A stretch of DNA of 44,880 nucleotides from an uncultured bacterium. Lineage in GTDB: Bacteria > Hydrothermota > UBA3072. The stretch covers positions 1 to 44,880 of the forward strand of contig CAZRYJ010000003.1 in NCBI GenBank assembly GCA_964604245.1, read 5' to 3'. This document shows positions 1 to 8,083 of this stretch, one piece after another. Position numbers and translations under genes: made by a program. How positions within the stretch are numbered: the first letter of the stretch is position 1; each line of letters opens with the position of its first letter. The notes beneath the pieces were generated by a model. That model was not told where the DNA came from. It made no database searches and worked only from the letters and a program-made list of their open reading frames with translations.

Positions 1-493
1 CATTTTCAAATGTAACATCTACAGAGGTAAAGCGTATCTCTCTTGCTCTACTCTGTCCAAAACTTAAAGCTTCATTTGCACTTCCGCGAAGTCTATTCAT
101 TACAAAAAACAATAAAAATACCATTAACAAAACAGGCAATAAGAACTGCCCTACAATTTTTAACATATCTATCTTGATTTCTGTTTTTACTTCTATGCCT
201 CTTTTAACTAATTCCTTTGGCAACTGCGCATCTTCAAAAGCAAGACGAGTTTCTATTACTCCGTCCTGGTCAATTACTTCCGCAGTTATTTCCATACCCG
301 AAAAGGTTACCTTTCTTATCTTTTCTTCTTCTACCAATTGCCAAAATTTAGTAAAACTCACCTCTTTAGGTTTCTCAATCTGGGTATATTGAAGCAGAAT
401 GTACAAACCACCAAAAACTGCAACCCAGATTAGTACCGCTTTAAAAAACTGGTTTCTTCTTTGCTGTTCTTTTTTACTTTTTTTCTCCGGCAT
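1..493 (-). CDS. ftsH: ATP-dependent zinc metalloprotease FtsH, N-terminal fragment (continues beyond position 1)
   Basis: Absent from the ORF track because it is open at the window edge. My minus-strand translation from the ATG at 493..491 gives MPEKKSKKEQQRRNQFFKAVLIWVAVFGGLYILLQ (TM1). A periplasmic-type segment and TM2 (LKIVGQFLLPVLLMVFLLFFVM) follow, then NRLRGSANEALSFGQSRAREIRF..VDVTFEN, which is typical of the FtsH pre-AAA region. The start overlaps the tilS 3' end by 20 nt, and tilS-ftsH synteny is common. Confidence 0.8.
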   Translation of the reverse strand, partial: MPEKKSKKEQQRRNQFFKAVLIWVAVFGGLYILLQYTQIEKPKEVSFTKFWQLVEEEKIRKVTFSGMEITAEVIDQDGVIETRLAFEDAQLPKELVKRGIEVKTEIKIDMLKIVGQFLLPVLLMVFLLFFVMNRLRGSANEALSFGQSRAREIRFTSVDVTFEN

Positions 494-1829
494 TTGCCAC
501 CTCTTTGTATCTAATTTTTAGTATTTTCTCTGTTTTTTTGAGAACGGGTGCTCTATTACTTCTTTTAATACCCGGAATTAAAATTATACCCTTTTTATCG
601 TAAATAATCGGGTGAATGTTCCTTAGGACTCTGGGTACCTTATTGTTAATAAATAAATCTTTTATCTTTTTGCTATCCTCAGCTCCAAAAGTAACAAAAC
701 GATCTCCTGTTTTTTTTCTTCCCACCTTCAATGGCAATTCCAGACAATCAAGGTCAAAAAATTCACAACCATTTGCCTGCAATTTTACCGGCGGCGAGAT
801 AACTTCTGTTTCGATATTGTAATATCCATATAACGTTTCACCGGGTAAAGGCAATTCTTTTTCTTTTTCCGCTATATTTTTCGCAACAATTACCCGGGAA
901 GGCATTATCTCAAGGTACGCACTTTTCAATTTGACAATTCCTCTTGCCGGTAAATTCTTTAAATGAGCTCTTTTTAGTTCCAGATCGCTATTAAAAATTG
1001 AGAGCATTTTCTTTAAAATCAAGAACTTACAGGCAGAAGGAAGCTTTTCGAAATCATCTCTATCAATCTCCGCGTAATTTAAATGGTAAGTTATTTTAAT
1101 AGCATCTATAAGTCTTTCTAATGCTTTTTCTACATCTCTCAAATTATCAATACTCTTGCTTATATTCCCAATTGAACCTTCCTTAATTTCTTCCAATAAA
1201 GGAATAAGCTTTAATCTTATCTTATTTCTAAGATAAACCTCACTTTTATTGGAAGGGTCATTGTAAAAAGCTATTTTGTTTTCCTTAAGGTAATCAATTA
1301 TCTCACTTTTTCTAAAATCCAAAAGCGGACGTAGAATATTTCCATCCAGGTAGCTCATCTGAGAGAGACCAAATCCTGAACCTCTTAATAGTCTGATAAA
1401 AAAATTCTCTATTTTATCATCAAAGTTATGACCTAAGGCTATTAAATCAGCATTTTCTTCCTTTTTTGCATCTCTAAGACAAGAAAGCCTTAAATTTCTG
1501 GCACCTTCTTCAATAGAAAAAGAAAACTTATTACAGTAATCTCTGACGTCTGCCCCATTGATTAGCAACTTAAGTCCTCTTTTTTTTGCTTCTTTTTTCA
1601 CAAAATTCTCCTCATCTTTAGAATCTTCCCGAAGATTATGATTGAAATACGCAAGAACAACTTCTACATCACTATAATCCAAGAATGCCTCAGTAAGTAA
1701 TGTCGAATCCGGTCCTCCGGAGTATCCTATTATTATCTTCTGAACCCCCTTAAGGAGTCCCTTTTCTTTCAGCACATTTTTTATTCGTTTAATCACTGTT
1801 GAATATAACAATATATAGTCATTTTTCAA
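474..1829 (-). CDS. tilS: tRNA(Ile)-lysidine synthetase
   Basis: 451-aa ORF with the N-terminal PP-loop motif SGGPDS (GYSGGPDSTLL). Length and C-terminal domain organisation fit TilS, and ftsH lies directly downstream. Confidence 0.9.
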   Translation of the reverse strand: MKNDYILLYSTVIKRIKNVLKEKGLLKGVQKIIIGYSGGPDSTLLTEAFLDYSDVEVVLAYFNHNLREDSKDEENFVKKEAKKRGLKLLINGADVRDYCNKFSFSIEEGARNLRLSCLRDAKKEENADLIALGHNFDDKIENFFIRLLRGSGFGLSQMSYLDGNILRPLLDFRKSEIIDYLKENKIAFYNDPSNKSEVYLRNKIRLKLIPLLEEIKEGSIGNISKSIDNLRDVEKALERLIDAIKITYHLNYAEIDRDDFEKLPSACKFLILKKMLSIFNSDLELKRAHLKNLPARGIVKLKSAYLEIMPSRVIVAKNIAEKEKELPLPGETLYGYYNIETEVISPPVKLQANGCEFFDLDCLELPLKVGRKKTGDRFVTFGAEDSKKIKDLFINNKVPRVLRNIHPIIYDKKGIILIPGIKRSNRAPVLKKTEKILKIRYKEVANAGEKK

Positions 1830-1876
1830 GTGTAATCTTTGAAAAATAGTATTTTAAGCTAAAATTTGAGGAAATT

Positions 1877-1922
1877 AACCACAAGATTTCACAGATTAAC
1901 ACCAGATTACCCAACCCCTCCC
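1877..1922 (+). repeat. GATT-word element (full form with CCCAACC tail)
   Basis: aaCCACaagattt-CACagattaa-CACcagatta-CCCAACCcctccc. CAC occurs at 1880, 1890 and 1900, an exact 10-nt phase. Confidence 0.8.
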
Positions 1923-1977
1923 TTATTTAATTGTTTTTTGTTGCTAGCCAACATTGTTTGTGTTTTAGAATTTGTGC

Positions 1978-2006
1978 TTGACATTAATAAGGCTTCTCTT
2001 ATTATT
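1978..2006 (+). promoter_or_regulatory. putative sigma70-type promoter for the 2023 ORF
   Basis: TTGACA at 1978..1983, a 17-nt spacer, then ATTATT at 2001..2006, 16 nt upstream of the ATG. Confidence 0.45.
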
Positions 2007-2022
2007 AGTATAAAAGGTTAGT

Positions 2023-2934
2023 ATGAAAATAAGTAATTATTTAATACAATCGATTATATTTCTGTTATCTTTTAATTTACCTCTTTTCTCAGGAGATATT
2101 GATTTTAACATTTCTCTTAATAAGAAAAGTTTTCTTGAAAGAGAACCAATATGGGTAAAATGCCAGGTGAAGAATAATGGAAGTACTCCTCGAAATGTTC
2201 TTTCAATAAAACATACAACAATCAGAGGTATGGTCTTTTATTTGATTTCCGAGGATCCAAACACCTATTTACAAGATGTTAGTCTAAAATATAGCTATGG
2301 TTATGAGCTTCTTACAATTCTCAATCCTGGAGAGAGTATGGAAAGTTTTGCGAATATTTTAGAATACTATTCTTCGCCAAGTAAATCGCTTCTTTCAGGA
2401 ACAAACATATTCTCCCTTAATCCAGGGAGATATAAACTCTACACCCGTTATTATACCAGATGGTACGAGAAGGACGGAAGAGAAGATATATATTCCGATA
2501 CACTTGAATTCGAGGTAATACCTCCAATTGGAGAAGAAAAAGAAGCGTTGAAACTTCTTGAAGAAAGTAACTATAAAGAAGTTTTTGAGAGATATCCTGG
2601 AAGTGTTTATGCTCCTCTATCGCTCTATCGTTATTTCATTCGTCAATGTGTATTCTCTCAACGCGAGAAACAAAGAAAAGAAAATGTTAATGAACTTTTA
2701 ATGCAACAATTGGAAAGATATCCGGATTCCCCGACAATTAAATACATTGACTTGCAAATTTTTCTTCAGTCCCAGTCAGGCATAGGGATGCTAAAAGAAG
2801 GAAAGTCCAGAATCAAAAGTATCTTAGAAAAAAACCCAAATAGTTATGCCGCTAAAATGATCAAAGAGATTTTAGAATCGACGGAGAACAAAAGCACCTA
2901 TACAGCTGAAGATATAATAGAAGAGAATAGATAA
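2023..2934 (+). CDS. hypothetical secreted protein (N-terminal signal peptide)
   Basis: 303-aa ORF with a hydrophobic N-terminus (IIFLLSFNLPLFSG). I recognise no catalytic motif. The C-terminal third looks helical-repeat-like. Confidence 0.6.
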   Translation: MKISNYLIQSIIFLLSFNLPLFSGDIDFNISLNKKSFLEREPIWVKCQVKNNGSTPRNVLSIKHTTIRGMVFYLISEDPNTYLQDVSLKYSYGYELLTILNPGESMESFANILEYYSSPSKSLLSGTNIFSLNPGRYKLYTRYYTRWYEKDGREDIYSDTLEFEVIPPIGEEKEALKLLEESNYKEVFERYPGSVYAPLSLYRYFIRQCVFSQREKQRKENVNELLMQQLERYPDSPTIKYIDLQIFLQSQSGIGMLKEGKSRIKSILEKNPNSYAAKMIKEILESTENKSTYTAEDIIEENR

Positions 2935-2974
2935 AAAAAATTAAACACTCTTCTTAAAATTCAATTTTGCTCTC

Positions 2975-3001
2975 TTGACAGTTTAATTTTTTTATATAAC
3001 T
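2975..3001 (+). promoter_or_regulatory. possible promoter for tRNA-Leu
   Basis: TTGACA at 2975..2980, but the best -10 candidates (TATAAC/ATAACT near 2995..3001) have a short 14-15-nt spacer. Confidence 0.3.
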
Positions 3002-3015
3002 TTTTATCCATCTTA

Positions 3016-3100
3016 GCCGGGGTGGCGGAATCGGTAGACGCGCATGGTTGAGGGCCATGTGGGATATTATCCTGTGGGGGTTCAAATCCCCCCTCCGGCA
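3016..3100 (+). tRNA. tRNA-Leu (anticodon GAG), class II with long variable arm, no encoded CCA
   Basis: Hand-folded cloverleaf. Acceptor GCCGGGG pairs with CTCCGGC (one G-U). Anticodon stem is CATGG/CCATG with loop TTGAGGG (U33, GAG, G37). The variable arm is 15 nt. T arm is GGGGG-TTCAAAT-CCCCC, with discriminator A. Confidence 0.9.
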
Positions 3101-3201
3101 TTTAAAATCCCAATAAAAAGGGCAACCAAACCCATCAGAAGCCTCTCAGACGCCCATAAAAGCCTCACAAGACATTTTTTTCTTCTCTATTCATAAATTA
3201 C

Positions 3202-3230
3202 TTGACTTTAATCGAAATTTCTCTTATAAT
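3202..3230 (+). promoter_or_regulatory. consensus sigma70 promoter for the 3251 ORF
   Basis: TTGACT at 3202..3207, an exact 17-nt spacer, then TATAAT at 3225..3230. A strong RBS (AAGGAGGGGG, about 3238..3247) precedes the ATG at 3251. Confidence 0.75.
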
Positions 3231-3250
3231 TAAATAAAAGGAGGGGGAAA

Positions 3251-3628
3251 ATGGCAGTAAACGGAGATTTCAGCTCAATCGAACAGGCTTTCGCAAGTCT
3301 TGAAGGTGATGGTATTTCGTATAAAAAAGCTTTCATTTCTGCGGAAAACTTCAAAAATAAAAACCCAAAACTACTCGGAGAACTAATTGAAGAAACATCA
3401 ATTATACTTGAAGAAAGAGCCAGAAACATCGAATTCGAAGAGTGGGAAGGGACCGGTGAAGATATGCCTTACACCACCCTTCATCTTGGAATTCAAAGAA
3501 TCAGAGAATTAGGTGGATTTATAAAAAAATTAGAAAAAATTGACAGCTATCATCTGGATTGGATTATAATTGGTGAACTTATTAGAGTTATAGCTTCCTT
3601 ACTAAACCATATTAACAAAACAAGATAA
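3251..3628 (+). CDS. hypothetical small acidic protein
   Basis: 125-aa ORF behind a consensus promoter and a strong RBS. I recognise no family. Confidence 0.6.
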   Translation: MAVNGDFSSIEQAFASLEGDGISYKKAFISAENFKNKNPKLLGELIEETSIILEERARNIEFEEWEGTGEDMPYTTLHLGIQRIRELGGFIKKLEKIDSYHLDWIIIGELIRVIASLLNHINKTR

Positions 3629-3680
3629 CATAGCTAAATAAAATATTAAAATTTAAAAAGTAAAATGACAAATAATTATT

Positions 3681-3704
3681 TAGGATTTTGGGGTTAGGAT
3701 TTAG
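3681..3704 (-). repeat. CCCCAAA-TCCTAAA word module
   Basis: The reverse complement, ctaaatcctaaccccaaaatccta, has relatives at 15690 and 44597. Confidence 0.6.
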
Positions 3705-3716
3705 TTAAAACACAAT

Positions 3717-3767
3717 AAAAAAATGGAGCGGGGTGGGCTCTGTGTTCTCCGTGTCTCTGTGGCAAAA
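3717..3767 (-). repeat. CACAGAG-word element with CCCACCCC-T7 tail
   Basis: Reverse complement: ttttgCCACagagaCACggagaaCACagagcCCACCCCgctccattttttt. Confidence 0.8.
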
Positions 3768-3776
3768 CAAATTTTT

Positions 3777-3838
3777 GAACTTTGATTTGTCTTTTTTTAT
3801 TTTGATATTTGATTTTTACATTTTGGTAGCTTTGATAC
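3777..3838. repeat. TTTGAT word cluster
   Basis: gaacTTTGATttg..., tTTTGATaTTTGATtt..., gcTTTGATac. A relative lies at 22261. Confidence 0.5.
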
Positions 3839-3900
3839 ACCAATATAAGATTAGCCTCTTTAGCAAATAGATAGTATCAACTAAATAATACCAAAGAATT

Positions 3901-4467
3901 CTATTTTACAACAATATTACTATCTTCGTTTTGTTCGGCGGATCGCAAGGCTTCTTCCGCTTTAGCCAAAAATTCCTCAAGGATAGGATAGCCTTCCGCA
4001 ATTTCAACCCCACCCTGGCACAGGGTAATATCCATATCTCCTTTATCCGTAGTTACAGGTGAATTCGAAACGGCTTCTTGGAGCCTCTCGGCAATTTTTT
4101 GTACTGCAGATTTGTCAGCCTCCGGCAATAAAAGAACTAACCTATCATCATCGTAACGACCAAAATAATCAAGATCTCTAATTTTTAATTTACAACGATT
4201 TGTCACTTCAGAGAATACCTGATCAGCAATTTCCGCATTATGTTCAGACTTAATTAGACCAAAATTCTTAATAGTAATTAAAATTACCGATAGAGGTCTC
4301 TGGAAACGTTGAGAACGTATAAATTCACACTCGGCAAGATCAAGAAAATATTCCCTGTTATACAAACCTGTCAATTCATCAGTGGTTTCTTCTAAACCTG
4401 AAAGTCTCTTCCTCAACTCTTTCAATTCATTTATTAGTTGACCTTTTGACTGGTCCTTATAAGTCAT
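3901..4467 (-). CDS. coiled-coil protein with strongly degenerate GGDEF (diguanylate-cyclase-like) domain
   Basis: The N-terminal ~30 aa are a heptad-like helix, followed by the DELTGLYNREYF start typical of GGDEF domains. The DxD metal site reads ITIKNF, and the GGDEF position reads DDDRL. An RxxD (RDLD) sits 5 residues upstream of that position. The RBS AGGAGG precedes the ATG. Confidence 0.75.
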   Translation of the reverse strand: MTYKDQSKGQLINELKELRKRLSGLEETTDELTGLYNREYFLDLAECEFIRSQRFQRPLSVILITIKNFGLIKSEHNAEIADQVFSEVTNRCKLKIRDLDYFGRYDDDRLVLLLPEADKSAVQKIAERLQEAVSNSPVTTDKGDMDITLCQGGVEIAEGYPILEEFLAKAEEALRSAEQNEDSNIVVK

Positions 4468-4524
4468 ATATTCCTCCTAAATATCTTTAAACAACTAAAA
4501 AAAGATTTTATTTCCGTTTTCTTA

Positions 4525-4552
4525 ATTATAAAAAATTTTTTCACTGAGTCAA
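4525..4552 (-). promoter_or_regulatory. sigma70-type promoter for the 3901..4467 gene
   Basis: On the minus strand: TTGACT (4552..4547), a 16-nt spacer, then TATAAT (4530..4525). Confidence 0.6.
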
Positions 4553-4590
4553 GTGTTTAATTTGAATACATAAAAAAAACTTAAACAATA

Positions 4591-4619
4591 TCCCGCTATC
4601 GGCTATCCGCTTCCCGCTA
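4591..4619 (+). repeat. CCGCT(A) word triplet
   Basis: tCCCGCTAtcgGCTAtCCGCTtCCCGCTA. Confidence 0.55.
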
Positions 4620-4689
4620 ATTAAACACATCCCCATAAAAAATCTTGAAAAATAAATTTGGAGAGTTGTTACAAAGCGGTTTGCGGTAT

Positions 4690-5271
4690 TCAGTCACTGG
4701 TTGTTTCAACGCGATTACGTCCTTGATTCTTTGCTAAAAATAAAGCCTCTTCTGCTTTTTCAAGCAAAGAGGAAATATCTGGCATTTGGTCAGTTTTATC
4801 CGCAATTCCGATACTCACAGTCACATTAATTTTATCCCTTTGAGTGGAAATAGGTCTAGAAGAAATAATTTTGAGTAAACGGTCGGCAGCTTTCTTTGCA
4901 TCCGCTTTTTTAATTTCCAAAAGTAAAAGAATAAACTTTCCACCCTCATAACAACCAATAAAATCAAGATCTCGAATGTTATCTCTGCACCTTTTAGAGA
5001 CTTCCACTAAAATCTGATCGCCACACTTTTCATTATAAACCGTGTTCACTTCTTTCAGATGGTCAATATCGAGTAAAACGACCGACAAGGGTCTCTTAAA
5101 TCTACGGGCACGCTCAAATTCCCGTTCGGCGAAATTTAGGAAATATATCCAGTTATATAATCCTGTAAGCTCGTCTATTGGATTTTTTAGTTCTTTAACT
5201 CTTTCAAGAAGTTTCTCTACTTCCGTGAGAAGTTCTTCTTTTGTTTTTTTATTATTTTCTTTTTTTGACAT
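4690..5271 (-). CDS. coiled-coil protein with degenerate GGDEF domain (GGDEF replaced by EGGKF)
   Basis: The N-terminal helix is followed by DELTGLYNWIYF, LLDIDHLKEVN (metal site kept) and YNEKCGD (in place of YGHxxGD). It continues with RDLDFIGCYEGGKFILLL (RxxD kept, GGDEF lost) and SIGIA...AEEALFLAKNQGRNRV. Confidence 0.8.
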   Translation of the reverse strand: MSKKENNKKTKEELLTEVEKLLERVKELKNPIDELTGLYNWIYFLNFAEREFERARRFKRPLSVVLLDIDHLKEVNTVYNEKCGDQILVEVSKRCRDNIRDLDFIGCYEGGKFILLLLEIKKADAKKAADRLLKIISSRPISTQRDKINVTVSIGIADKTDQMPDISSLLEKAEEALFLAKNQGRNRVETTSD

Positions 5272-5278
5272 CTATATT

Positions 5279-5306
5279 ATTTTAAGATTTTTTTCATTTA
5301 CGTCAA
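5279..5306 (-). promoter_or_regulatory. sigma70-type promoter, apparently leaderless transcript for the 4690..5271 gene
   Basis: On the minus strand: TTGACG (5306..5301), a 16-nt spacer, then TAAAAT (5284..5279). Only 7 nt separate the -10 box from the ATG (5271), and there is no RBS. Confidence 0.5.
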
Positions 5307-5323
5307 GAGTAAAAATTATATAA

Positions 5324-5353
5324 ATCACGAAACACACAAAAAACACGAAAAAA
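5324..5353 (+). repeat. CACGAA-word module
   Basis: atCACGAAaCACacaaaaaaCACGAAaaaa. Confidence 0.75.
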
Positions 5354-5366
5354 TAAAAAAATAATT

Positions 5367-5408
5367 TTACCACAGAGAGCACAGAGCCACACCTCACCCC
5401 ATTTTTTT
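5367..5408 (+). repeat. CACAGAG-word element with CACCCC-T7 tail
   Basis: ttaCCACagagagCACagagCCACacctCACCCCattttttt. Confidence 0.8.
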
Positions 5409-5428
5409 ATTTTATTTTTCCTATTTGA

Positions 5429-5453
5429 CCATTCAACAATTCAACCGCACAAC
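5429..5453 (+). repeat. TTCAAC word pair
   Basis: ccaTTCAACaaTTCAACcgcacaac. Confidence 0.45.
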
Positions 5454-5477
5454 TTAGATTTGAAAAATCTAAGTTGT
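5449..5477 (-). terminator. perfect 13-bp hairpin spanning the ispD stop codon (terminator-like, no U-tract)
   Basis: acaacttagattt-gaa-aaatctaagttgt. The ispD stop codon (5469..5471) lies in the right arm. No T-run follows on the minus strand. Confidence 0.4.
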
Positions 5478-6176
5478 TGCCAAGTATCCGGCTATAGCCT
5501 CAGCGAGCTTCATATCTAAAGGATAAGTGATTTTTATATTGAATGGGTCGCCTTCCACCCAACGAATAGCATAATTCAATTTCTCCGCGAAAGCTAATTC
5601 ATCGGTAAAAACCTGCCCGGAAAATAGACTTACAATATGTCCTAATATTTTCCTACTAAAACCCTGCGGAGTCTGCACTTGCAGCAAATTACTTCTGGCT
5701 CTTGTCCATAAAATTTCACTTTCTTTGTACATCTTCAATGTATCTCTTACCGGTATACCCGGCGCGCAAACGCCAAATGCTTCAACGCCTTTTACTACTC
5801 TATCAATTAACTCAACACTAACAAAAGGTCTAACGGCATCATGAATCAGTACAATATCCTCAGAAGTTTCTTTAAACCCATTATACACGGAGTCCTGTCT
5901 CTTTTCTCCACCTGATACGACATTAACTTTACTGCCAAACTCAGCTATTATTTCTTCACCAATTGAAAGTTTTTCTTTCGGAACGACAAGGACAATTTTT
6001 TTAACTCCGTAATCAAGAAACTTTTCTATCGGATAAAATAAAATCTGTTTTCCCGCTACGGATGAAAATTGTTTGTAAACGCCTCCCATCCTCTCCCCTC
6101 TTCCTCCCGCAACAATTACAGCTTCAATCATTCTCGGCAATTTTCGCCCAAACTTTTCTGTTAAATCTGCTTTCAA
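5469..6176 (-). CDS. ispD: 2-C-methyl-D-erythritol 4-phosphate cytidylyltransferase
   Basis: AVIVAGGRGERMG nucleotide-binding loop and IspD-like length. A later start (MIEAVIVAGG, ATG at 6131) is likely and would cut the overlap with the upstream gene to 8 nt. Confidence 0.9.
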   Translation of the reverse strand: MKADLTEKFGRKLPRMIEAVIVAGGRGERMGGVYKQFSSVAGKQILFYPIEKFLDYGVKKIVLVVPKEKLSIGEEIIAEFGSKVNVVSGGEKRQDSVYNGFKETSEDIVLIHDAVRPFVSVELIDRVVKGVEAFGVCAPGIPVRDTLKMYKESEILWTRARSNLLQVQTPQGFSRKILGHIVSLFSGQVFTDELAFAEKLNYAIRWVEGDPFNIKITYPLDMKLAEAIAGYLATT

Positions 6177-6768
6177 TAATTGCTTCTACAATACATTCAA
6201 GCGAAACAGGCTGATTTTCAGGTATCTCCCCTTGGATCTCTACAAGAGTGCCGTCTTGCAAATAACCTCGAGCTTTATCATATCCATAATCCATGTAGTT
6301 TACGCAAATCCTTTCGCCTTTGACTATATTGGACTTTCCTATACTATCCAGGTCCTTTATATTAATGCAATCTATACCTTGAACTTCCAGTTCATCCTTA
6401 TTCTTTCCGGCTGTTATTGCCGGACAATTCAATATTTTGCAAATATCAGAAAAATTTCCCTTCATAATCTTTAAATCTAACTCGTTCAGAACTCTAATAT
6501 CATCTTTAACCCCTTCCGGAATCTCATTTGATTCTAAATACCGGGATACTCTTTTAACATCTTTTTCCGAAACTACAGGCATACCTTCGATTATTCCGGA
6601 TTTAAACAATTTTCCAACTCTTCCATCCTTAATAGCAGACAAATGTATCGCCTTGTAATTTTTCTCCTGCTCTGTCTTTATACATCGATATATAAACAAT
6701 ATCGCAAGAATCCATCCCACAAACCCAAGAATAATAACTGGAAATATTGAGGAAATCATAATTTGCAA
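6124..6768 (-). CDS. membrane-anchored PIN-like/TRAM domain protein (YacL-like, compact)
   Basis: One N-terminal TM helix. The segment LSAIKDGRVGKLFKSGIIEGMPVV resembles the start of YacL-type PIN domains, and the C-terminal IVKGERICVNY...GYLQDGTLVEIQGE...VSLECIVEAI resembles a TRAM barrel. The radA-(PIN/TRAM)-ispD order matches Firmicutes synteny. Confidence 0.5.
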   Translation of the reverse strand: MQIMISSIFPVIILGFVGWILAILFIYRCIKTEQEKNYKAIHLSAIKDGRVGKLFKSGIIEGMPVVSEKDVKRVSRYLESNEIPEGVKDDIRVLNELDLKIMKGNFSDICKILNCPAITAGKNKDELEVQGIDCINIKDLDSIGKSNIVKGERICVNYMDYGYDKARGYLQDGTLVEIQGEIPENQPVSLECIVEAIIESRFNRKVWAKIAEND

Positions 6769-8078
6769 ATCTCCTTTGCCTGCGTAACATTTGAAACTTT
6801 TAAAAGCTTTATATCAGACCTTATACTTCCTCCTTTATCCGGGACAATAATCCTTTTAAAGCCTATTCTGCTCGCTTCCTGGACTCTACTTGCTAAAAAG
6901 GGAACTCCCCTTATCTCTCCCGAAAGACCTACTTCACCAACAATACAGAGATCATCACTAATCGGTTTTTCAAGCAAACTGGATAAAATAGATAAAATAA
7001 CACCGAGATCGATGGAAGGCTCGAAAACATTCATCCCTCCCGCTATATTACAATAAACATCATAACCGCTCATATCAATCATCAACCGCTTCTGCAAAAC
7101 CGCCATCAAAAGATCGAGTTTCCTTTCGTTAAACCCCCTTGCAACGCGCTGAGGATAGGAAAAACGGGTCGGAGCGACAAGAGCCTGAATTTCAACCATA
7201 AGAGGTCTCGTACCCTCTACGGTAGGGGTAATTACAGAACCGGAAGTTTTTTTACCTTTGCCCGAAATCAAGTATAGAGAAGGATTTGGAACTTCCTTCA
7301 ACCCTTTTTCATCCATATCGAATATCCCGACTTCATTCGTTGATCCAAATCTATTTTTCTTTGAACGTAATAAGCGGAAAGAATGAGTGCTATCACCCTC
7401 CATAAAAAGTACAGCATCCACTATGTGTTCTAAAGTCATTGGTCCTGCAATATTACCTGATTTAGTAATATGCCCAACAATAAATATCGTTATATTATTC
7501 TTCTTGGCAATCTCCATTAATTCCGAAGTGATTTCCCGAACCAAAGAAACAGAACCCGGTATTGCACTTCCGTTAGAAAGAACCATAGTCTGTATTGAAT
7601 CGATAACAACCATCTTCGGTTTTTCCGATTTAACCAAAGAAAGAATGCTTTCAATATTAGTTTCAGAAACAGTCAATAATTTTTCTTCTCCCAACCCCAA
7701 TCTTTTAGCCCTCATCTTAATCTGACTCTCCGACTCTTCCCCTGAAACATAAAGAACTTTAAATGACCTTGAAAGAAATCCGGAAACCATAAGAAGCAAA
7801 GTCGATTTGCCAATACCCGGCTCACCGGAAATCAAAACCAAAGAACCCGAAACCACACCTCCGCCTACCACCCTATCAAATTCCTTAATACCGGTGGCGA
7901 ACCGCTTTTCTTCTTCTATGTTAATTTCACTTAATTTTTTAGGTTTTAAAGTTTTGGTTTTTAAGGACTTAAGTTTTCTATTTTCTACTCTTTCTTCAAG
8001 GGAATCCCAGCTGTTGCATTCAGGGCACCTTCCCATCCATTTAAGAGTTTTGTACCCGCAATTCCCGCAGATAAACAT
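6756..8078 (-). CDS. radA: DNA repair protein RadA/Sms
   Basis: N-terminal zinc ribbon CGNCGY..CPECNSW, Walker A GEPGIGKSTLLL, a KNRFG motif and a C-terminal Lon-like domain. Confidence 0.95.
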   Translation of the reverse strand: MFICGNCGYKTLKWMGRCPECNSWDSLEERVENRKLKSLKTKTLKPKKLSEINIEEEKRFATGIKEFDRVVGGGVVSGSLVLISGEPGIGKSTLLLMVSGFLSRSFKVLYVSGEESESQIKMRAKRLGLGEEKLLTVSETNIESILSLVKSEKPKMVVIDSIQTMVLSNGSAIPGSVSLVREITSELMEIAKKNNITIFIVGHITKSGNIAGPMTLEHIVDAVLFMEGDSTHSFRLLRSKKNRFGSTNEVGIFDMDEKGLKEVPNPSLYLISGKGKKTSGSVITPTVEGTRPLMVEIQALVAPTRFSYPQRVARGFNERKLDLLMAVLQKRLMIDMSGYDVYCNIAGGMNVFEPSIDLGVILSILSSLLEKPISDDLCIVGEVGLSGEIRGVPFLASRVQEASRIGFKRIIVPDKGGSIRSDIKLLKVSNVTQAKEICKL

Positions 8079-8083
8079 TAATT

